Of a stretch of DNA of 64,000 nucleotides, positions 49,430 to 58,352 are shown piece after piece; the stretch's first letter is position 1; the number at the start of each line of letters is the position of its first letter. The stretch is taken from positions 100,593 to 164,592 of the forward strand of contig JAAEQR010000142.1 of the NCBI GenBank assembly GCA_024231215.1, in the 5' to 3' direction. The position numbers were made by a program, and so were the translations under genes. Below the pieces are notes generated by a model that saw only the letters and a program-made list of their open reading frames with translations, did no database searches and had not been told where the DNA came from. Source of the stretch: PVC group bacterium (GTDB lineage: Bacteria > Omnitrophota > Gorgyraeia > B26-G9).

Positions 49430-50002
49430 ATGACGTACAAGAACACGGAGGTTCAACCGGAATTATTTTCCGGTATTGACAAAAGAAATAAACGAAAATC
49501 TTTTAAGAAAAATGTATTTTCTATCAATTATAAATCTGCTATAAGTGTATCTATAGATTCACTTATAGTAATTATTATCAGCCTCTTGATGGTTAACCTA
49601 CTATGTTTTGTCATAGGAATCGAGAGGGGTAAACATATTATTAAAGTAAGCAACGACAAGATTAGAACAACTACCCGGGCAAAGGCTAAACCAATTGCTC
49701 CAAAAGTTGTTACATCACCTGTAGTTGCCCCAAAAGTTGCTGTAAAAAAAGTAGAACCAAGCAAAAAGAAAAACAACAACGGATACACTATTCAGCTGGT
49801 AACCTACAACAACAACGGAATTGCGGAAAAAGAAGTTACCCGGTTAAAAGCTAATGGGGTAAACGGATTTGTCTTGAAAAAAGGTGATTACTACGTTGTT
49901 TACGGCGGAGTTTTCAATACAGAAAAAACAGCGAAAAAAAAGTTAAATTCTTTCAAAAAACGTTATAAAGACTGCTTCGTACGGTTTTTGAAAAAATCAT
50001 AA
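49430..50002 (+). CDS. Membrane-anchored SPOR domain protein
   Basis: TM, Pro/Lys linker, YTIQLVTY...VYGG.F...A SPOR domain. Confidence 0.85.
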   Translation: MTYKNTEVQPELFSGIDKRNKRKSFKKNVFSINYKSAISVSIDSLIVIIISLLMVNLLCFVIGIERGKHIIKVSNDKIRTTTRAKAKPIAPKVVTSPVVAPKVAVKKVEPSKKKNNNGYTIQLVTYNNNGIAEKEVTRLKANGVNGFVLKKGDYYVVYGGVFNTEKTAKKKLNSFKKRYKDCFVRFLKKS

Positions 50003-50030
50003 AGAAACACAGAAAGGAGCGATGTAAGTA

Positions 50031-50288
50031 ATGTCTATTCATCCAAGTTTAACTGCATCAAAAGGTAAAGGACACAGAAGTGTACTAAAACGTTTTGAAC
50101 GCGTAGAAAAACTAAAAAAAGCCGGTAAGTGGACCGATGATACATCATCTTTTGGTTTACCAAAAGTAAAGATCATCAAGATGAAGCTTAAGAAGTCAAA
50201 AGCTGCAGAAGCAAAAACTGCTGAAGAAGGCGCAGCTGCAACACCTGCAACAAAAGACGGTGCTGCTTCAAAAGCTGCTTCCAAATAA
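50031..50288 (+). CDS. PVC-superphylum small basic protein
   Basis: MS.H.SL, RSVLKR.ER...L, W, GLPKV pattern of the Chlamydiae/Verrucomicrobia/Planctomycetes signature protein. Confidence 0.9.
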   Translation: MSIHPSLTASKGKGHRSVLKRFERVEKLKKAGKWTDDTSSFGLPKVKIIKMKLKKSKAAEAKTAEEGAAATPATKDGAASKAASK

Positions 50289-50303
50289 CCATACCAAAAA
50301 ATA

Positions 50304-51149
50304 ATGCGGAAAATAATAGATTGTCTTTGGAGAGTTTTTATTGTTTTAGGGTTTTTTTGCATGCTGATTGAGCCTTGTGCGGCCCAGCAAAGCAAAGATT
50401 CGACCTATACTGGAATAATCACAGCAGATGCTGTTAACATCCGCAGCGGCCCCAGCCTCAACTTCGAAATCATCACCAAACTCGATAAAGACGCGTTGGT
50501 TCTTATCCAGGAAACTCAAGGGGAATGGCATAAAATCAAGCTTCCCCCGACAAGTGCCGCTTATATGCACCGGAAATTCCTGCGTTTAGCCGGCAAACAA
50601 GCCATTGTAAAGGGCAATCGAGTTAATGTAAGAGCAGGTAAGGGAACCCAGTTTAATGTCTTGGGACAGCTAAACGATAGAGATCTCGTAGCCCTGATCG
50701 CCAGAGAAAAAGAATGGTACAAAATATTTCCGTCTAATAACTGCTTTGCCTGGATCCATAAAAATTTTGTCGTTAATTTCGGAAAATCCGAACTATATCT
50801 TGCCGAGGAAAGAAAATACAGGTCAAAGATTATTAAAATAAAACAAAAAGCAAAACAAACACCCCTTGCAAAACAACCTGCACCTGCAACAAAAAAATCA
50901 CCTAAAATAAATTATTCCAAAACAGCACCGATCGCACAGGGAAAATTAATGGAAATGGGACGATTTTTCAAACGCCATGGAACACATAAATTGCTTATTG
51001 ATAAAAAACCGGCGTATTTACTAAAAAGTGAAACAATTGATTTAGACGATTATATATACTACAAAGTTGATGTCTGGGGAACCCAAACAACCTCGGCAAA
51101 GTCAAAGCTTCCGATCATCAACGTAGAACACATAAAGAAGTTGAATTAA
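50304..51149 (+). CDS. Exported protein with two bacterial SH3 domains
   Basis: Signal peptide; VNIRSGPS and VNVRAGKG SH3b repeats with W..I..AWI. Confidence 0.85.
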   Translation: MRKIIDCLWRVFIVLGFFCMLIEPCAAQQSKDSTYTGIITADAVNIRSGPSLNFEIITKLDKDALVLIQETQGEWHKIKLPPTSAAYMHRKFLRLAGKQAIVKGNRVNVRAGKGTQFNVLGQLNDRDLVALIAREKEWYKIFPSNNCFAWIHKNFVVNFGKSELYLAEERKYRSKIIKIKQKAKQTPLAKQPAPATKKSPKINYSKTAPIAQGKLMEMGRFFKRHGTHKLLIDKKPAYLLKSETIDLDDYIYYKVDVWGTQTTSAKSKLPIINVEHIKKLN

Positions 51150-51150
51150 A

Positions 51151-51744
51151 ATGGACGCGAACTCTCGAATCTTAAATTTTTTCTTTAATCTCCCTGCATT
51201 TCTAATCGCATTGACAGTTCATGAGTATGCACACGGATTTATTGCCAATAAATTAGGTGACTCTACCGCAAAACGCATGGGACGACTGACTTTTAATCCA
51301 TTAGCTCACATTGATCCCGTAGGCACTATCCTTGTACCGCTTTTTCTGATATCCTCCGGAAACTTGGTATTTGGTTGGGCTAAGCCTGTACCGGTAAATT
51401 TCTATAATTTAAAAAATCCTAAAAAAGATATGATCTGGGTAGGATTAGCCGGCCCAGCCGCAAACTTCATCGCCGCATTTATAACATATTTTATCCTCAA
51501 GACAGAAATAATCCAAAACATATTTGCAATTAACTTCTTAACTGTCTTACTCATAATTAATATAGTCCTGGGTGTATTTAATTTAATTCCCATTCCGCCG
51601 CTTGACGGATCACGTATATTAATGGGACTATTACCGCCTAAAATGGCGGCTGGATATGCACGATCTGAACCTTATGTAATAAAAACTTTACAAACGATAT
51701 TCATAATAAGCATACTATATAACTTCTTACGGAGAATGTTCTAA
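51151..51744 (+). CDS. Site-2 protease family (M50) membrane peptidase
   Basis: HEYAH, GRLTFNPL.HIDP, AGP, FNLIPIPPLDG. Confidence 0.93.
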   Translation: MDANSRILNFFFNLPAFLIALTVHEYAHGFIANKLGDSTAKRMGRLTFNPLAHIDPVGTILVPLFLISSGNLVFGWAKPVPVNFYNLKNPKKDMIWVGLAGPAANFIAAFITYFILKTEIIQNIFAINFLTVLLIINIVLGVFNLIPIPPLDGSRILMGLLPPKMAAGYARSEPYVIKTLQTIFIISILYNFLRRMF

Positions 51745-52832
51745 TGAAAACAATTACGCTTGATTTAAAAGAACGCAGTTATCCTATAATTATTGATACT
51801 AAAGGATTTGAAATCCTTGCCAAACAAATAAAAAAAATGGCGCTGGGAACTGACGCGGTGATCATAACCAACAGCCGTATATTCAATCTCTACGCTAAAA
51901 TCCTCACCAAAAGCTTAAAATCAGCCGGAATAAAGGTTCACTTTCAAAAGGTAAAGGACTCAGAAGAGAGTAAATCCATAAATACATATATTAAAACCAT
52001 CCAGGCTATTTCAAAAATCGATACAAAAAAACGCATATTTCTTATTGCGCTGGGAGGAGGTGTTATCGGAGATCTTTGCGGCTTTATTGCCGCGACGTAC
52101 AAAAGGGGAGTGCCTTGTGTGCAAATCCCTACTACATTATTAGCTCAGGTCGATTCAAGTATCGGAGGGAAAACAGCAATTGACTTACCCTCCGGGAAAA
52201 ATCTCGTCGGAGCGTTCTTTCAGCCTCGCATTGTATATTCTAATATTAAAGTTCTAAATAGTCTGCCTCAAAGGCAGATAAAAAGCGGGCTGGCGGAAGT
52301 TATAAAATATGGAATTATCGTTGATAAAAATCTGTTTTCATACTTAGAAAAAAATACTGTTAAAATTCTAAATCTGGACCCAAAAAGTCTGGAACATATT
52401 ATTAGTGTCTCAAGTAATATAAAAGCTAAAATCGTCGCATTTGACGAAAAAGAAACCAAGGGATTACGTACAATCCTTAATTTCGGACATACAATCGGAC
52501 ATGCATTAGAAACCGCGACAAAATACACAAAATTAAATCACGGAGAAGCAGTTGCGATCGGCATGGTCTGTGCGGCAGATATAGCACTTAACATGGGACT
52601 ATTGGATTTAAAAATACATAATCGAATTATTTCTTTAATAAAAGCATTTAAACTACCGACACAGGCAAAAAATATTAACTTAAATCATGTTTTTAATGCG
52701 TTCTACCGGGACAAAAAGTTCATTAACGGGAAAATACGCATGGTACTACCTACAAATATCGGTCATGTGATCGTAACTGAAGATATAACTTTCAATGAAA
52801 TCAAAAAGGTTATTCAAAAACGGGTGATATAA
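51744..52832 (+). CDS. aroB: 3-dehydroquinate synthase
   Basis: GGGVIGD, RG, PTTLLAQVDSSIGGKT, KNLVG, LNFGHTIGHA, HGEAV. Confidence 0.97.
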   Translation: MKTITLDLKERSYPIIIDTKGFEILAKQIKKMALGTDAVIITNSRIFNLYAKILTKSLKSAGIKVHFQKVKDSEESKSINTYIKTIQAISKIDTKKRIFLIALGGGVIGDLCGFIAATYKRGVPCVQIPTTLLAQVDSSIGGKTAIDLPSGKNLVGAFFQPRIVYSNIKVLNSLPQRQIKSGLAEVIKYGIIVDKNLFSYLEKNTVKILNLDPKSLEHIISVSSNIKAKIVAFDEKETKGLRTILNFGHTIGHALETATKYTKLNHGEAVAIGMVCAADIALNMGLLDLKIHNRIISLIKAFKLPTQAKNINLNHVFNAFYRDKKFINGKIRMVLPTNIGHVIVTEDITFNEIKKVIQKRVI

Positions 52833-52833
52833 A

Positions 52834-53331
52834 ATGGATATTAAAATAAGAAAATTCAAAAAGCAAGACCAGGAACAAGTATACACACTAATCACATCAG
52901 TCCTCAAAAAAGAATTTGACCTGGATAAGGAAACATATCCTGAATTCGATCTGGGGGACATCTCAGATTCTTACGGCGGTAAAAAAGATATCTTTCTAGT
53001 CGCGGTACTCGGCAACAGCGTAATCGGCACAATCGCCGTAAAAGAAGATGATAAAAACACCGCGTTATTACGCCGTATCAGTGTTTCTCCGGAATTCCGG
53101 GGCATCGGCTTAGGGAAACAGTTAATCATCAAAGCTATTGAGTTCTGCCAGCAAGAGCAATACAGACTGGTCCATTTCCGGTCTACGGAGAAAATGGAAG
53201 CTGCAAACAGCCTTTGCCAGAAAAACGGCTTTAAAGTCCGGGCTTCTATGGATTTGGGAGACACTACGATACTGAAGCTCACACGCAGACTGCGTACAGG
53301 ACAACAACGACGCACATCTGCCGGCAAATGA
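52834..53331 (+). CDS. GNAT family N-acetyltransferase
   Basis: V.PEFRG.GLGK acetyl-CoA motif; A.SL..KNGF. Confidence 0.9.
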   Translation: MDIKIRKFKKQDQEQVYTLITSVLKKEFDLDKETYPEFDLGDISDSYGGKKDIFLVAVLGNSVIGTIAVKEDDKNTALLRRISVSPEFRGIGLGKQLIIKAIEFCQQEQYRLVHFRSTEKMEAANSLCQKNGFKVRASMDLGDTTILKLTRRLRTGQQRRTSAGK

Positions 53332-53334
53332 AAC

Positions 53335-53877
53335 ATGAAAAAAATCTCTGAAAAGAGTTTATACCAGGGAACCTGGATAAATCTCAAGAAATCGAAGTTT
53401 ATTAGCGATAGGGGAGAGGAAGTCCTCTGGGAATACGTCGAAAGGGTCAATGTAAAGCAAGTCGTGATCATTGTACCTAAATTGGTTCCTTCTAATCGCT
53501 ATATCCTAATCCGGCAGTTCCGCCATGCACTTAACACCCATGTTATTGGCTTACCAGCCGGCTTAATCCACGATGAGGAGGTCTCAAAGGCCGCTCTCCG
53601 GGAACTTAAAGAAGAAACCGGCTATACCGGTACAATTAAAGAAATAAGCCCATTATTAGCCTTAAATTCAGCTTTATCTAATATCAGGGTTCAGTTTGTT
53701 ACCGCAGAAATAGATGAAAATGACCCTGAAAATAAAAACCCGATCCAGAAGCTTGAACCGGAAGAACAGATTGAAGTATTCCTGGTTCAGGATACTAAAG
53801 CAAAAGACTTCATAATAGAGCATAAAGAAAAAGGTGATGATGTCGGAGCCTCGTTGTGGGCAATATTTGGAATATAA
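53335..53877 (+). CDS. NUDIX hydrolase (ADP-ribose pyrophosphatase-like)
   Basis: RQFR, PAGL...AALRELKEETG Nudix box. Confidence 0.92.
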   Translation: MKKISEKSLYQGTWINLKKSKFISDRGEEVLWEYVERVNVKQVVIIVPKLVPSNRYILIRQFRHALNTHVIGLPAGLIHDEEVSKAALRELKEETGYTGTIKEISPLLALNSALSNIRVQFVTAEIDENDPENKNPIQKLEPEEQIEVFLVQDTKAKDFIIEHKEKGDDVGASLWAIFGI

Positions 53878-53893
53878 CATGAAAGGAAATACT

Positions 53894-54610
53894 ATGAGGA
53901 AAATAATAATTGCTTGTTTATTGTCGTTGTGTCTTGTCTCAATTGGATATGCTCAGGATACCACTCCAGAGCCTACGACTACAGTTCAAACTTTTAAGGC
54001 AGGGGGGACGCCAATCGCGATTCCGCCGCCAACTCCGGAAATGACCGAGGTTGGGTACGATACTCGTGAGCTCATGGAGATTTTTGTACCACAGAATAAC
54101 CGTCTCATTGCCGCATTCGTACTGACCGAAGATCTTCCTCGGCTCGCAGCCGGAGATGAAAATCTTATAATGTCCCTGTACTCGATGGTTCAAGTTCCTC
54201 GCCGTGGTGAAGCTATGGATTGTGCCGCAAGTGATTTTTCAGAAGTAACCGCCGGTGCAAAGGAGCAGTTCGGAGATATCATGAACTCCTCAATGAAAGA
54301 AGCCGAGGATGAATTCAACCGCCGCATGAAAGCACTTGATCTGGAAGATGCCACAATGAGCATGAAAGATCCGGTGCAAATCGGCTGCCTATTCTCAAAA
54401 CCAGACTCCTATTGTTTTGGGATGATCATGGAGAACACAATAGGTGGAATAACTACAAAGATGACCATGGGCTGCATGCTCCTTCGCGTAAGAAATAGAA
54501 TGATTTTCGTCTATCTCTATAAAGAATACGAAAACGAGGAAACTGTCACTTGGCTTCGTAAAAATACAGAAGCCTGGTCAGACGCTATTCTAGCCGCAAA
54601 TAAGGAGTAG
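53894..54610 (+). CDS. Hypothetical exported protein
   Basis: AAAGGA RBS before ATG 53894; signal peptide MRKIIIACLLSLCLVSIGYA. Confidence 0.75.
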   Translation: MRKIIIACLLSLCLVSIGYAQDTTPEPTTTVQTFKAGGTPIAIPPPTPEMTEVGYDTRELMEIFVPQNNRLIAAFVLTEDLPRLAAGDENLIMSLYSMVQVPRRGEAMDCAASDFSEVTAGAKEQFGDIMNSSMKEAEDEFNRRMKALDLEDATMSMKDPVQIGCLFSKPDSYCFGMIMENTIGGITTKMTMGCMLLRVRNRMIFVYLYKEYENEETVTWLRKNTEAWSDAILAANKE

Positions 54611-54611
54611 C

Positions 54612-54640
54612 TTGACGGGCAGTTAGAAATGTAGTAATCT
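54612..54640 (+). promoter_or_regulatory. Sigma70-type promoter
   Basis: TTGACG-17 bp-TAATCT. Confidence 0.5.
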
Positions 54641-54707
54641 ATTCTTTATTAGTGTAAGTACTTTATTGACACGGAGTACCTTAAATGAAGAAAATAAGAT
54701 TAAACTT

Positions 54708-54746
54708 AAAAGGCAATCCTTAAAAAAACAGGGGATTGCCTTTTTT
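54708..54746 (+). terminator. Intrinsic terminator / possible attenuator
   Basis: AAAAGGCAATCC / GGATTGCCTTTT stem followed by a T run. Confidence 0.75.
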
Positions 54747-54782
54747 GCTTTGTGAGAGATTAATAAAAGGTTTTAGGTAGGT

Positions 54783-54807
54783 GTAGGGACAGGTCTTAGG
54801 CCTGTCC
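54783..54807 (+). repeat. GTAG-family REP (class A, one mismatch in the stem)
   Basis: GTAG GGACAGGTCT T AGGCCTGTCC; near-identical to the RAYT-associated copies. Confidence 0.85.
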
Positions 54808-54873
54808 TGGATAAAATATAATAACTATGGATTACGTATATTAATTGTTATGTCAAAATAAGGATTTAATATT

Positions 54874-55554
54874 ATGGGGAAATTTTTACCATTATCTTTT
54901 ACGCAACTTGTGGCAGGGATATTTTCTTTTTGTTCTATAATTGCATTCTTTTTATCTTTAAAAACATCAATTCGGGCTCACTCTCTTCGTTTATTTTCAA
55001 TTTCACTCATTAGCGCGCTATCATTATTTTGCAATCATGTGTCGGTCTATTTTGCAAGTGTATTTATAATTGCCACAGCAATAACGGAAACTGAATTTTT
55101 ACAAAATTTAGCAGCAATAATTAGCGATAGCAAAGAATATTTTCATTATAAACAAGCTAAAGAAGGGAAAACTTCTTTAGACAAAATATCCAGCACTGAA
55201 GGAACAATAAAAATTACTAAAAAAGAGACAATTTCTCTTGTAAGAGATCCCATAGAATACAAAATCTTAAACACATTATTTACAAAACAAGTAAATAAAT
55301 TCCCAACATTTTCGCCATTGTTTACCTTTATTATTTCAAGAAACTCTTTTGAGTATCCCAAATTTCGTGAAATGGGTAGTAAATTATATGGCGAAGGATT
55401 AATTGGAGAAACAGAAAATGGACATTATTGTTTAACACAAACTGGATGGGAATGGTGTAAAAAACATTATGACGATTTTAAGTCTTCTCCACAATGGTGG
55501 TCAGAAGAACCAATTATAGTGGAAAATTTAAAAAAAGTATTAGAACAAAAATGA
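54874..55554 (+). CDS. Hypothetical membrane protein (cassette-like ORFan)
   Basis: 226-aa ORF, about three N-terminal TM segments, possible C-terminal wHTH (GLI...Y.LT..G); very AT-rich. Confidence 0.7.
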   Translation: MGKFLPLSFTQLVAGIFSFCSIIAFFLSLKTSIRAHSLRLFSISLISALSLFCNHVSVYFASVFIIATAITETEFLQNLAAIISDSKEYFHYKQAKEGKTSLDKISSTEGTIKITKKETISLVRDPIEYKILNTLFTKQVNKFPTFSPLFTFIISRNSFEYPKFREMGSKLYGEGLIGETENGHYCLTQTGWEWCKKHYDDFKSSPQWWSEEPIIVENLKKVLEQK

Positions 55555-55577
55555 TAATTGTTAAAGGAAAATAAAAA

Positions 55578-55997
55578 ATGGAAATATTATTTAAAATTGC
55601 AATAACAATAGTTGCTTCTTTTTTAATATATTATCAAATTGTTTTTGTTAAATATATTTGGACGAGCCATATTGATGTTAAGGCAACCTTATTTCAATTT
55701 GTAAAACAAGCTACTCCAAGAACGGATACCATTGCCATAAGAGATCCTAGCAAGATATATCAAAATGGTGAACAGGTCGGAAGTATCATTGGCGCACCTA
55801 AAATAGAAGAAAATATTATTGTATTTGAAAAAATTAGCGAAACAAAAAATCTTAAAAGAGAACAATTTTTTGAATACAAAAGAGATAAATACAAAATAAT
55901 AAAAATTGAAAAAAGTGCTGTTTTAGATATTTCATCAAGTTCTGGGCAATTAAACCATACCTTAACTAATGTTACTTGTGAAAAGATTAACCCATAA
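55578..55997 (+). CDS. Hypothetical protein with N-terminal TM
   Basis: AAAGGA RBS, 139-aa ORF, AT-rich. Confidence 0.7.
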   Translation: MEILFKIAITIVASFLIYYQIVFVKYIWTSHIDVKATLFQFVKQATPRTDTIAIRDPSKIYQNGEQVGSIIGAPKIEENIIVFEKISETKNLKREQFFEYKRDKYKIIKIEKSAVLDISSSSGQLNHTLTNVTCEKINP

Positions 55998-56177
55998 CAA
56001 ATCACTTCAGCTAACCCCGCCAAATTTATCCCGAAGCAGGCGAGAGGAACAGCGTGATTTCGCTTCAATTTGCCGGCCCGGCAAAACCGGATATATCGTG
56101 GTTAGTGGGGTTGATCAATTAATGCAAATAATCCCTTAGTTGACTTTTTTACAAATAATCTTTATAATTTAATAATC

Positions 56178-57095
56178 ATGGGTGAGATTAAAAAAGAAGA
56201 AAAAAGTATATTAGATTTAGTTGTAGAGGAAACTACTGCAAAACCTAAGCTTAATTGGCAAGAATTTTTGGAGAAATACCCTCCTGGATCTGAATATAGT
56301 ATTATCGGTTGGGCTGACTCCATACTTGTTAGAAATCAATACCGCGGTATTGTAGCTCCCACAATAACTAGATATTGCCCTCAATGCAAGGGGAATCGTT
56401 TCTTTCATTGCAACGACAATACGTCCATTCAGTTTCTTGCGTTTCAAGGTGGCGAACAATTCTTTTTTCTAAAATATATATGTAGGAATTGTGGAGAAAT
56501 TTATATAGACATGGCCTTATTTATTAGAACTATAAATAATACCCCAAAAGGAGACGCAATAGTTCAAAAGTTAGGAGAACTGCCAGTTTTTGGGCCACAC
56601 TCGCCGGCTCAGCTAATCACACTCGTTGGTAAAGATCGAGATCTTTATTTGACTGGTAGGAGAGCAGAAAGTCAAGGGATGGGAATCGGCGCGTATTCTT
56701 ACTATCGACGTATTGTTGAAAATCAAAAAAATGCAATCATTGATAAAATAATTAAAGTATCGCAAAGCCAGCATTCTTCGCAGGAGTTCATCGATAGTTT
56801 AAAAGAAGCAAAAAAAGAAACACGATTCACAACAGCAATCGAAAAAATTAAAGATGGAATTCCAGAATCACTTAAAATGTATGGACACAACCCTCTAACA
56901 ATTTTACATAAGACGTTGAGTGAGGGGTTACATGCTGGAAGTGATAACGAGTGCCTAGAATTGGCAAAAGACATTCGAAATGTATTAACAGAGTTAGCCG
57001 AAAGATGTGCAACTATTTTAAAAGACAATGAAAAATTAAAAAGGTCTATTGGGAAACTTTTTAAACTACCTGAGCAGCCAAAAAATAAAGAATGA
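56178..57095 (+). CDS. Hypothetical protein with Zn-ribbon and DUF4145/HEPN-like helical C-terminus
   Basis: CPQC...CRNC; GAYSYYRRIVE and LSEGLH segments. Confidence 0.7.
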   Translation: MGEIKKEEKSILDLVVEETTAKPKLNWQEFLEKYPPGSEYSIIGWADSILVRNQYRGIVAPTITRYCPQCKGNRFFHCNDNTSIQFLAFQGGEQFFFLKYICRNCGEIYIDMALFIRTINNTPKGDAIVQKLGELPVFGPHSPAQLITLVGKDRDLYLTGRRAESQGMGIGAYSYYRRIVENQKNAIIDKIIKVSQSQHSSQEFIDSLKEAKKETRFTTAIEKIKDGIPESLKMYGHNPLTILHKTLSEGLHAGSDNECLELAKDIRNVLTELAERCATILKDNEKLKRSIGKLFKLPEQPKNKE

Positions 57096-57520
57096 ATACC
57101 TTTATAGCGCATAATAGCGAATACCTATCCGGCCTAGCTTCATTAATAGCAATCACCACAGCAGTCTTTGCCATACCATCATTTATCATAAAAAAAATTC
57201 TTTATTGTCGGGAGCAGGGTAGACTCTTAAAATATAAAACTATGATTTTCAACATCAACACTCTTGCTGCGGTCAAAACCTTTAAGTTTGTTGATAAAGA
57301 AAAAACTGATTTAACGATCAGAGAGATAGTATCTCTTACTAATAACAAAGAATTGTTCGAAAAATTATATAAGGATCGACCAACAGCTTGGAACGACATC
57401 CTGGAAATTCAAAAAATAAATAACGAGATAATTTTTTATAAGGCAGCTATTCTTACACCTTTAGCTGTACTTGTAATCATGGCACTTAAATTTATAGCGG
57501 TAACCCAATTAAAGCTGTAA
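57092..57520 (+). CDS. Hypothetical membrane protein
   Basis: ATGA overlap with the upstream gene; N- and C-terminal hydrophobic helices. Confidence 0.65.
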   Translation: MNTFIAHNSEYLSGLASLIAITTAVFAIPSFIIKKILYCREQGRLLKYKTMIFNINTLAAVKTFKFVDKEKTDLTIREIVSLTNNKELFEKLYKDRPTAWNDILEIQKINNEIIFYKAAILTPLAVLVIMALKFIAVTQLKL

Positions 57521-57667
57521 AACAAATTCCAGTTATATCTCAGGGGGAGCTCTTGACAAAAGCATAGAATACCTGTATGTATACAAATCTATGATTGGAA
57601 CAGAAAACAACAAGATCAGACCCTGAAAACGAAAAACTAATAAAACATCTGACAAATAAATAATACC

Positions 57668-57691
57668 GGGCGGACAGCCATCCGCCCCTAC
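57668..57691 (-). repeat. GTAG-family REP (class B)
   Basis: Minus strand reads GTAG GGGCGGA tggctg TCCGCCC. Confidence 0.7.
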
Positions 57692-57738
57692 AATATTACC
57701 AATAAATTACGTATCACAAACCAAGAAAGAAGAATATT

Positions 57739-58311
57739 ATGAAAGTTATTGGAATTAATGGAAGTCCTCGGAAAGACGGGAATACGCAGAAACTTATTGA
57801 GAAGGTATTTGAAGCTCTCAAAACTGAAGGGATTGAAACTGAACTTATCCAGGTTGGCGGTAAAAACATCAAAGGATGTATAGCTTGCTATAGATGCGCT
57901 GAGAATAAAGATAAACGATGTGCAGTTACCAACGATATTTGTAATGAAGTCCTAGAAAAAATGCTCGAAGCTGATGCTATTATCTTGGGTTCACCGACAT
58001 ATTTTACTAGTGTCACAGCTGAGCTCAAAGCCCTTATTGACCGATCGGGGATAGTTGCAGTTGTTAATGGAGGGCTTTTCCGTCACAAAATAGGTGCTGC
58101 GGTTGTTGCGGTCAGAAGGGGAGGGGGGATTCATTGCTTTGATACCATAAATCACCTCTTCCAAATGAGCCAGATGTTTGTGGTCGGATCAACATATTGG
58201 AACCTTGGTTTTGGGCGCAATCCAGGCGAGATAACCAACGATGCTGAAGGCCTTAAAAACATGGCTGATCTCGGGAAATCTATGGCTTTTTTACTAAAGA
58301 AAATTCAATAA
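57739..58311 (+). CDS. Iron-sulfur flavoprotein / NADPH-dependent FMN reductase family
   Basis: NGSPRKDGNT, CIACYRC...C, GSPTYF, KALIDR, RRGG. Confidence 0.92.
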   Translation: MKVIGINGSPRKDGNTQKLIEKVFEALKTEGIETELIQVGGKNIKGCIACYRCAENKDKRCAVTNDICNEVLEKMLEADAIILGSPTYFTSVTAELKALIDRSGIVAVVNGGLFRHKIGAAVVAVRRGGGIHCFDTINHLFQMSQMFVVGSTYWNLGFGRNPGEITNDAEGLKNMADLGKSMAFLLKKIQ

Positions 58312-58316
58312 ACTAT

Positions 58317-58341
58317 GTAGGGACAGGCCTAAGGCCTGTCC
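58317..58341 (+). repeat. GTAG-family REP (class A) directly upstream of the RAYT
   Basis: GTAG GGACAGGCCT A AGGCCTGTCC perfect 10-bp stem. Confidence 0.9.
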
Positions 58342-58352
58342 GAGACGCGACA

